Shown here piece by piece: positions 41,666 to 49,221 of a DNA stretch of 54,432 bases. The stretch is from contig JAOPVF010000431.1 in NCBI GenBank assembly GCA_025963195.1, positions 1 through 54,432 of the forward strand, in the 5' to 3' direction. This DNA comes from Mycobacterium sp. (GTDB taxonomy: Bacteria; Actinomycetota; Actinomycetes; Mycobacteriales; Mycobacteriaceae). The position numbers and the translations under genes are program-made. Each line of letters begins with the position of its first letter. Position 1 is the first letter of the stretch. The notes under the pieces were generated by a model, which did no database searches, was not told the DNA's origin, and saw only the letters and a program-made list of their open reading frames with translations.

Positions 41666-42808
41666 ATGTATCGGTCGCTTTGGATCGACGACGAGGTCGC
41701 CGCGGTGCGGGACATGGCCCGCAAATTCTTCGACACCGAAGGGGCTCCGAATCGGGAGCGCTGGGCACAGCAGCAGCACGTCGACCGGGAGTTCTGGCTC
41801 AAAGCAGGGAAACTGGGCCTGCTGTGCGCGTCGATGCCCGTCGAATACGGCGGTGGCGGCGGCACGGTCGCGCACGACCTGGCGATCTTCGAGGCGCAGT
41901 CGGCCAGCGGCGACACCGGCTTCGGCAACTATGCGCACAGTGGGGTCGTCGCGCATTACCTGTCGACCTACGGCACTGAGGAGCAGAAGCGACGGTGGCT
42001 TCCCAGGATGGCGACCGGCGAGCTGATCGGCGCAATCGCCATGACGGAGCCGGGTGGCGGGTCGGACCTCAAAGCTCTTCGCACCAGCGCGATCCGCGAC
42101 GGCGACCATTACCGGCTCAACGGCGCGAAGACGTTCATCTCGAACGGTGCCACCGCGGACATCATCCTACTTGTGGTCAAGACCGACCCTGCTGCCGCGT
42201 CGATCCACGGCATCTCGTTGTTGGTCTTGGAGACAGCGGCCGCCGCCGGATTCAAGGTCGGCAAAAACCTGAGCAAGATCGGCATGAAGGCGATGGACAC
42301 CGCAGAGTTGTTCTTCGATGACGTTCGAGTGCCGGTCGCGAACTTGCTCGGTGAGGAAGGCGAGGGCTTCAGCTACTCGATGGCCCAACTCCCCTGGGAG
42401 CGGCTGATTATCGCCGTCACGGGAATCGCCGCGCTGGAGCATGCCGTCGAGGAAACCGTCGCTTACACAAAGCAGCGCGAGGTTTTCGGGCGGCCACTGT
42501 TGGACATGCAGAACACCCGGTTCGAGCTCGCCGAATGCGCCACCATCGCTCACATCGCACGCGTCTTCGTTGACAGCTGCGTCGACCGCCACTTGCGCGG
42601 CGAACTGGACCAGGCCGCCGCCTCCATGGCTAAGTACTGGGTCACCGACATGCAGTGCCAGGTCATCGACCGTTGTGTGCAGCTGTTCGGCGGCTACGGC
42701 TACATGTTGGAATACCCGATCGCTCAGATGTTCGTCGACGGACGCGCACAGCGAATCTATGGCGGCGCCAATGAAGTCATGAAAGAACTCATCGCCCGCT
42801 CGCTGTAG
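41666..42808 (+). CDS. Acyl-CoA dehydrogenase (long-chain type)
   Basis: IAMTEPGGGSD, GAKTFISNG, DTAELFF, QLFGGYGYM.EYP, IYGGANE. Confidence 0.95.
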   Translation: MYRSLWIDDEVAAVRDMARKFFDTEGAPNRERWAQQQHVDREFWLKAGKLGLLCASMPVEYGGGGGTVAHDLAIFEAQSASGDTGFGNYAHSGVVAHYLSTYGTEEQKRRWLPRMATGELIGAIAMTEPGGGSDLKALRTSAIRDGDHYRLNGAKTFISNGATADIILLVVKTDPAAASIHGISLLVLETAAAAGFKVGKNLSKIGMKAMDTAELFFDDVRVPVANLLGEEGEGFSYSMAQLPWERLIIAVTGIAALEHAVEETVAYTKQREVFGRPLLDMQNTRFELAECATIAHIARVFVDSCVDRHLRGELDQAAASMAKYWVTDMQCQVIDRCVQLFGGYGYMLEYPIAQMFVDGRAQRIYGGANEVMKELIARSL

Positions 42809-42825
42809 CCAAACAGGAGGACGAG

Positions 42826-43617
42826 ATGCAGATAACCCAGACCGAAAACCTGCGCGTCGACCGTGATGGCGGTCTCCTGCGTCTCACGATCACTCGTCCG
42901 TCCCGGATGAACGCCATCGACCTGGCCAGCATGATCGGAATCGGCGACGTCTTGACCGAGGCGGCAACCGATTCATCGGTCCGCGTCGTGGTGCTGACCG
43001 GCGAGGGCAAGGCGTTTTGCAGCGGCGCAGACCTGTCCTCGCCCGTCCAAGATGCGGACGGCCGGAAGGGATCGGAAATCGTGATGGATACGGCTGATCG
43101 CATGATCCGGTCGGTGGTCACGGCGCCGGTCCCAGTGATTGCCAGGATCAACGGCCCCGCCGCAGGCGTCGGACTGTCCCTCGCCCTGGCCGCCGACCTC
43201 ATCTACGCCGCCGAAAGTACCTATCTGCTCATGCCGTTCATCAATATCGGCTTGATGCCGGACGGTGGCGCCACCGCGCTCGTCGCGGCCGCTGTCGGCC
43301 GCGTGCGGGCCGCGGAGCTGTCCCTCTTGGGCGAGCGGCTCCCGGTCGCCGAGGCCGCCGCCGCGGGGCTGATCACCAAGGCGCTACCCCACGACCAACT
43401 CGACGCGCACGTCGACGCAGTCGCCGCCAGGCTCGCCAGAGGCCCGCGCCGCGCGCTGGAACTGACCAAGGCCTCCATCAACGCCGCCACCCTCACCGAA
43501 CTCGATGCTGCACTGGAACGCGAAACCGTAGGCCAGATCGAGCTGATGAGCACGACCGATTTCATCGAAGGGGCGACGGCGGTGCTCACTCGCCGGCAGC
43601 CCAACTTCGGGTCCTGA
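42826..43617 (+). CDS. Enoyl-CoA hydratase/isomerase family protein
   Basis: FCSGADL, GPAAGVG, IGLMPDGG. Confidence 0.92.
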   Translation: MQITQTENLRVDRDGGLLRLTITRPSRMNAIDLASMIGIGDVLTEAATDSSVRVVVLTGEGKAFCSGADLSSPVQDADGRKGSEIVMDTADRMIRSVVTAPVPVIARINGPAAGVGLSLALAADLIYAAESTYLLMPFINIGLMPDGGATALVAAAVGRVRAAELSLLGERLPVAEAAAAGLITKALPHDQLDAHVDAVAARLARGPRRALELTKASINAATLTELDAALERETVGQIELMSTTDFIEGATAVLTRRQPNFGS

Positions 43618-43676
43618 ACTCCGCACGGAGAGTCGACGTCGACCACCGCCACCCTCGAGCCACCAGGAGCACCGTC

Positions 43677-44822
43677 ATGGGCGTTGAGTTCAGCCCGGAA
43701 CAGCAGGATTTCGCCAGGGCCATCGCCGACTTCGCCAAGCGCGAGGCAGGCACCCGAGAGCAGCGAGACCAGCTCACCAACCATGATGAGCTGCAGCACA
43801 ATCAGGCCCTCTACGAGAAGATGGCTGAGCTGGGTTGGCTCGGCCTGACAGTGTCGGAGGAGTACGGAGGCTCGGGCGCATCCATGGTGGACATGTGCAT
43901 CCTGCTCGAGGAGACCGCGCGCGGCATGCTGCCGATCAATGCGATCGGCCCGACATTGATCACCGGCGGCCCCTACCAGAAATTCGGCACCGAAGCGCAG
44001 AAGAACAATGTACTGCGCGGCATCGTACGCGGTGTTTCCCAGTCGATTTCGATGTCCGAGCCCGAGGCGGGCTCCGACGTGGGCAACCTCAGCACCAAAG
44101 CTGAGAAGACCTCCGACGGTTGGCTCATCAACGGCCAGAAGACCTGGTGTTCCAACGCACACATCTCCGAGAACATCCTGCTCCTCGCGCGCACCGACCG
44201 AAGCGGCGCAAAGCACGAGGGCCTCACCATGTTCCACGTGCCCGCCAACACCGATGGCCTCAAGATCAGCCCCATTGAGCTGATGGGCGGTTTGAACGAC
44301 ACCAACGACCTCTACTTCAGCGATGTCCTGCTGCCCGCCGACGCGGTGATCGGCGAAGTCGGCAACGGCTGGCGCCAGCTCATGGCCGGGCTCAACTTCG
44401 AGCGCCTCATCATCGCGGCCCAGGGCATCGGGACCGCTCGGCGCGCGTTCGACGACACCCTGCAGTTCGTCAGTGAGCGTGAGCAGTTCGGCCGTCCGAT
44501 CGGATCGTTCCAGGCTCTGCGGCACCGCATCGCCGACCTCGCCACCGAGATCGAATGCACCAAACTGCTGGTCTACAGCGTTGCCCGCGAAGCCGACGCC
44601 CATCCGGACAAGATGCTCGCCCGCGAGGCCTCAATGGCCAAACTCAAGGCCACCGAGACCGCGAAACAGGTTGCACTGGCAGGCATGCAAATGATGGGTG
44701 GCTACGGGTATGCCAGAGAGTTCGACATGGAAAGGCACGTCCGCAGCACCCTGGTCACCACGATCCTCGGTGGCACCAGCGAAATCCAACGTGACATCAT
44801 CGGCAAAACCTACGGCTTGTAG
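43677..44822 (+). CDS. Acyl-CoA dehydrogenase
   Basis: MSEPEAGSD, GQKTW, REQFGRPIGSFQ, GGYGY, ILGGTSEIQR. Confidence 0.95.
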   Translation: MGVEFSPEQQDFARAIADFAKREAGTREQRDQLTNHDELQHNQALYEKMAELGWLGLTVSEEYGGSGASMVDMCILLEETARGMLPINAIGPTLITGGPYQKFGTEAQKNNVLRGIVRGVSQSISMSEPEAGSDVGNLSTKAEKTSDGWLINGQKTWCSNAHISENILLLARTDRSGAKHEGLTMFHVPANTDGLKISPIELMGGLNDTNDLYFSDVLLPADAVIGEVGNGWRQLMAGLNFERLIIAAQGIGTARRAFDDTLQFVSEREQFGRPIGSFQALRHRIADLATEIECTKLLVYSVAREADAHPDKMLAREASMAKLKATETAKQVALAGMQMMGGYGYAREFDMERHVRSTLVTTILGGTSEIQRDIIGKTYGL

Positions 44823-44829
44823 GACAACG

Positions 44830-44870
44830 ACGAACTATCCCGCGAGCGTCGCGCTCGCGGGATAGTTCGT
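44830..44870. terminator. Bidirectional terminator
   Basis: Perfect 19-bp stem ACGAACTATCCCGCGAGCG / CGCTCGCGGGATAGTTCGT with 3-nt loop, between convergent genes. Confidence 0.85.
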
Positions 44871-44896
44871 TCAGCTCGATCGGACCCTGCGGTCAT

Positions 44897-46066
44897 TCAG
44901 CCTTGTTCTCCCCCCGCGTCCTGCTCTGCCGCACCCGATGCGAGCAGCGGTTCCGGGTCGACGCCCCACTCGGAGATCACTTCCCTGGTGTGCAGGCCCG
45001 GAGTTGACGGCGCGGTCGGCACGACCGCGCCGTGGGCGGGAAACCGGGGTGCCGGGGCGGGCTGGAACAGTCCGTCGCGGGTGAAAACCGCACCCCGGGC
45101 TTTCATATGCGGGTGTTCGGCAGCCTCATGCATAGTCAGCACCGGAGAGACGCATGCGTCCGTGCCTTCGAACGCCGCCGTCCACTGGGCCTGCGTGCGC
45201 GCGCCGAAGGCCTCAGCGATGGCCTTGCGGGTGGCCCCCCACGTCGTGCGGTCATTCTGCTCGTTCAGATCTACGCTTATCCCCAGTCTCGCTATCAGAT
45301 GGGCGTAGAACTTGGCTTCGATCGCACCAACGGCCATGTGCCGGCCGTCGGCCGTCTCGTAGACCGAGTAGAACGGGGCACCGCCATCGAGCAGATTGAC
45401 TCCGCGTTCATCGGCCCAGGTGCCGGTGTTGACCAACGCATGGGTGGCGGCGAGCAGGTGGGCGACACCGTCGACGATCGCCGCGTCGACTACTTGTCCG
45501 CGCCCGGTGAGCTCCGCCTCGCGCAGCGCCGCAAGGACGCCGGCGACGAGATACATGGCACCGCCGCCGTAGTCGCCAACGATGTTGAGCGGGATCTGGG
45601 GCGGCCCTCCGGCCTGGCCGATTGCGTGGAGGGCTCCGGTGATCGCGATGTAGCTGAGGTCGTGACCGGCCGTCTGCGCGAGCGGCCCCTCCTGCCCCCA
45701 CCCGGTCATCCGGCCGTAGACGAGCTTGGGATTGTGCACCCAGCACTCTTCAGGGCCGATGCCGAGCCGCTCGGCCACTCCCGGACGGTGGCCCTCGATC
45801 AGGACGTCTGCTCGCTCGGCCATAGCCAGCAGCGCTTCGACCGCCTCGCGTCGCTTCAGGTCGAGGATCACGCCGCGCTTGCCACGGTTGCACACGTCGT
45901 GCTCGGGCCTGCCAGGAGAGACCCCGAGGCCACCGGGGCGTTCGACCCGGATGACCTCGGCACCCATATCGGCCAGGGTCATGCCGGCGAACGGCCCTGG
46001 TCCCATGCCGCCGACCTCGAGGACCTTGATCCCCGCCAGCGGTCCCTTCCCAGTCGAGTGGGTCAT
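44897..46066 (-). CDS. mcr: Alpha-methylacyl-CoA racemase-like CoA-transferase family III protein
   Basis: GPGPF, LADMGAEV, NRGK, RPGVAERLG, GHDLSY and GDYGGG racemase His/Asp motifs, LLDGGAPFY. Confidence 0.85.
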   Translation of the reverse strand: MTHSTGKGPLAGIKVLEVGGMGPGPFAGMTLADMGAEVIRVERPGGLGVSPGRPEHDVCNRGKRGVILDLKRREAVEALLAMAERADVLIEGHRPGVAERLGIGPEECWVHNPKLVYGRMTGWGQEGPLAQTAGHDLSYIAITGALHAIGQAGGPPQIPLNIVGDYGGGAMYLVAGVLAALREAELTGRGQVVDAAIVDGVAHLLAATHALVNTGTWADERGVNLLDGGAPFYSVYETADGRHMAVGAIEAKFYAHLIARLGISVDLNEQNDRTTWGATRKAIAEAFGARTQAQWTAAFEGTDACVSPVLTMHEAAEHPHMKARGAVFTRDGLFQPAPAPRFPAHGAVVPTAPSTPGLHTREVISEWGVDPEPLLASGAAEQDAGGEQG

Positions 46067-46369
46067 GCAATCTCCTGTCGATCTGCGCACCGGCCAGCAC
46101 CACTGGGGCGCCCGATACGGCGTAACAAGCTCGTCGCATGTGCTTCTGGGGGCAGCATCGGTCGGGGCGACACCGACGGGTGCCTGCGCCGGTCCTGCTC
46201 CGGACAGGGAGTTTCCCGTCGATTGCATGGCGCACTGCCGTCAGACCGGCGAAAGCACCGAAGTGCGAACTGCCGTGGCGGACACACATACACAGTGAAG
46301 ATTGCGGAGTCTGGCAGGAGAGACACGTAAGCCTCTTCTGCCGGACTTCGCTGATATAGCAGCGAATCG

Positions 46370-47008
46370 CTACGACGAGACCGGCTCCGGCTGGGGCCAC
46401 GCCTCCCAGGTCACCAGCGTCCGTACCGGTTCTCCTGCTTCGTAGCGCTGCAGCAGCTCTTCGGGATCGATGACGACGCCGACTACGTTCGCATGAGAGT
46501 CGACAAACTCCTGAGCCGTGCCCATCGGCAGGTTGTCGATCTGAAGTTCCACGCGGACCCCGTCGGGATCGCTGTAGTACAGCGACGTTGTCGGGCCGTG
46601 GTTGACGCTCATGAGTGGCTTGATGTCCTTGTCGCGCAGCCGAACATAGGTGTTGAGAAGAGCACCGAGGCTGTCGTACGTGAACGCGACGTGTTCGAGT
46701 CCGGGTTCGGATGAGAACTGCATGACGTCGGCGCCGGCGGTTGCGGCGCGCTCAGCGTCATCCGCAACCAGGGTGCTGGCGCCGAAGGTCTCTGTCTCGC
46801 GAGCGGCTCCGTTTACTTCGATGAGACCGATGCGGTGGTGCTCCTCGTCGTAGGTGAGTCCGGCGAAAAAGCCACCGGAGCCAATCAGGTGCGCACCGAG
46901 CACTTCGGAGTACCACGCGACGCTGCGCTCAAGGTTGGACACCCGCAACACCAAGTGAGCGAGTTGGTACGGGGTTGACGGACCGCCGTCGACGGTTCTG
47001 TTCGTCAC
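46370..47008 (-). CDS. VOC family protein, single-domain extradiol dioxygenase-like
   Basis: LAHLVLR, YDEEHHRI, GLEHVAFTY, NHGPTTSLYYSDPDG.RVELQ. Confidence 0.8.
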   Translation of the reverse strand: MTNRTVDGGPSTPYQLAHLVLRVSNLERSVAWYSEVLGAHLIGSGGFFAGLTYDEEHHRIGLIEVNGAARETETFGASTLVADDAERAATAGADVMQFSSEPGLEHVAFTYDSLGALLNTYVRLRDKDIKPLMSVNHGPTTSLYYSDPDGVRVELQIDNLPMGTAQEFVDSHANVVGVVIDPEELLQRYEAGEPVRTLVTWEAWPQPEPVSS

Positions 47009-47066
47009 TGTCGTCTCCCTCTGACGTGCTGTTCCTGCACCAAGGTTACCGAGATTGGAGCCATTG

Positions 47067-47081
47067 AGCAAGTCGCTGGCA
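47067..47081. promoter_or_regulatory. Candidate island operator upstream of the VOC gene
   Basis: AGCAAG-TCG-CTGGCA, 2 mismatches. Confidence 0.45.
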
Positions 47082-47425
47082 CATCCATGTCACATGCAAC
47101 TCGTGCGCTTCCCTGTCCTTCGCCCACGGTCGTGGCCGGGAGGCCAGGCACTCAAGGTCAGGCCGGGCATCGATCCTCCCGACCGCGGCTGGCGAGCAGC
47201 AACGCCCACGCCTGGAGGCACGCCCCCCGTGCCTGCCCGAACGCGTCTCCCCAGGTCACGGTACGAATCAGGCCTCTAGCCGGTGCGGATGCGCGGAACG
47301 CGGGCCATCCGGATCGCTGCCGAACGAGATTGAGAGTGTCACTAGGATAAGCGAGTGACTTGTGTATACTAGGCGCGTTATCCGACTGCTGAGGCAGTGC
47401 TGTGGGCGACCAAAGGATCCATTCA

Positions 47426-48193
47426 ATGACGCCGATCTTCGATCTCAGTGGCCATGTCGCCGTCATCACTGGCGGCAACTCCGGAATCGGCCTGGGCTTT
47501 GCCCGCGGGCTGGCGAAGGCGGGCGCCGACGTATGCATCCTTGGTCGCAATCCGGAACGGAACAAGGCGGCGGCCGCTGAACTGGGCGGTCACGGCGGTC
47601 GCGTGCTTGCCCTGGCCTGCGATGTCGGCGACGAACAACAAGTTGTCGAGGCGATCGCGCGCACCGCCGAGGAATTGGGACGCATCAACTCGTGTTTCGT
47701 CAACGCTGGTGTGGCACAAGGGTCGGCGTCGTTCGCGGAGACGAGTCTCGCGGACTTCCGTCGGGTCACCTCCATCAACCTCGATGGTTCCTTCGTCACC
47801 CTGCGCGAGGCAGCCAAGGTCATGATCGCGCAAGGCGACGGCGGCAGCCTGGTAGCCACCTCGAGTCTCGCTGCCCGCCAAGGGGTTCCGCGCGGCCAGG
47901 CTTACGGGGCAAGCAAGGCCGGGCTGATCGCCATCATGAACTCAATCGCCGTCGAACTCGCCAGATACCGCATCCGCGCCAACTCGGTGCTGCCCGGCTG
48001 GATCGAAACCCCCATGACCGACGGCCTTTTCGCGAGGGAGCGCTTCAGCGAGGTGGTCCAAGCGCGTATTCCCGCCCGCCGTTGGGGACGGCCGAGCGAC
48101 TTCGAAGCGGTTGCGGCGTACCTGGCCGGCCCTGCCAGCGAATATCACACCGGAGATACGCTGACAATCGACGGCGGCTACAGCTTGTTCTGA
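47426..48193 (+). CDS. SDR oxidoreductase (KduD/gluconate 5-DH-like)
   Basis: TGGNSGIG, NAG, YGASK, PGWIET, IPARRWG, DGGYS. Confidence 0.92.
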   Translation: MTPIFDLSGHVAVITGGNSGIGLGFARGLAKAGADVCILGRNPERNKAAAAELGGHGGRVLALACDVGDEQQVVEAIARTAEELGRINSCFVNAGVAQGSASFAETSLADFRRVTSINLDGSFVTLREAAKVMIAQGDGGSLVATSSLAARQGVPRGQAYGASKAGLIAIMNSIAVELARYRIRANSVLPGWIETPMTDGLFARERFSEVVQARIPARRWGRPSDFEAVAAYLAGPASEYHTGDTLTIDGGYSLF

Positions 48194-48506
48194 TCGATGC
48201 CCGTCAGTCGAATCGGCGCCGGACATCCGGATCGCGGTGTCCGACCGACTGGTTATCCTGGACCGAGGAATCGTTCGCAGATGGCGTGAATGACCGTGTG
48301 CTCGGTGCATTTCGTCGCGCGGTCGATCGCGCACGCGCCCCAGGCGAAATGGGACCAACCGACGACGCCGATGTGCCCGTACCGCTGGGCGGCAGTACTT
48401 CGGCGCCACATGCGCGCTCAAACGGGTGTTGTCACTGCTGCTGTCATCACCGCTGCCGTCAATGATATCCGCCGGCATCACATGAAATTGGAAGAAGGCA
48501 GACTCC

Positions 48507-48959
48507 ATGGATACTCCCCGATGGGTCGAGCAGCAGGTCGGAGTGCGGCTTCTACGCCTGCACAACGCAGTCTACAAAGGCACAAATGGACGGATCGGTC
48601 ATCGGTTCATACCAGGCACACCGCCGAACCTGCTGTTGCACATGATCGGCGCGAAGACCGGTCAGGCGAGAACCACGTCGGTCGCCTACTTTCGCGACGG
48701 TGACACTTACCTGATCGTGGCTTCGAAGGGTGGCGATCCCCGATCCCCGGGCTGGTACTACAATCTGAAGGCCAATCCCGACGTTGAGATCAACATCGGC
48801 CCGAAGCGGTTCGGGGTCACCGCCACACCGGTGCTGCCCGGTGACCCGGACTATGCCCGGCTGTGGCAGATCGTCAACACGAACTTCAGCAACCACTACG
48901 AGTCTTACCAGCGTAGGGTTTCGCGACCGATCCCGGTGCTGGTACTGACTCCTCGGTAG
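48507..48959 (+). CDS. F420H2-dependent (deazaflavin) nitroreductase family, DDN-like
   Basis: GAKTGQ.R, VASKGG..PGWYYNLKANPDV, YQRR..RPIPV. Confidence 0.92.
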   Translation: MDTPRWVEQQVGVRLLRLHNAVYKGTNGRIGHRFIPGTPPNLLLHMIGAKTGQARTTSVAYFRDGDTYLIVASKGGDPRSPGWYYNLKANPDVEINIGPKRFGVTATPVLPGDPDYARLWQIVNTNFSNHYESYQRRVSRPIPVLVLTPR

Positions 48960-49221
48960 GCTCCGGCTTTCGGTTGGGTGGGCTGGTCTGGGTTGGTGCT
49001 GTTGGTGTTGGTTCTGGGTGAGTGGCTTGACGGGGGCCCGGCGCGTGGGCGGGGTACTCCGGGAGTTCCGTGAGGCGGGCGAACACGGTGGCCTGGTCGG
49101 GCGACGCACGTTTGTTCCCACACGCATGAGGGGGCGACCGGTTGATGCCGGTCTTCCGGGGAGCCATGCTGGGGATGTGAAACGCGGTCCGAGTGGTCCG
49201 TGAGGGCGGGACGCGGCTTCG

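Noticed and set aside
26506-48959. Island as a cholesterol (KstR2) degradation or biosynthetic gene cluster
   Set aside because: No kstD/ksh/hsa/ipd genes, the operator spacer differs from KstR2, and there are no ACP/PKS/NRPS genes.
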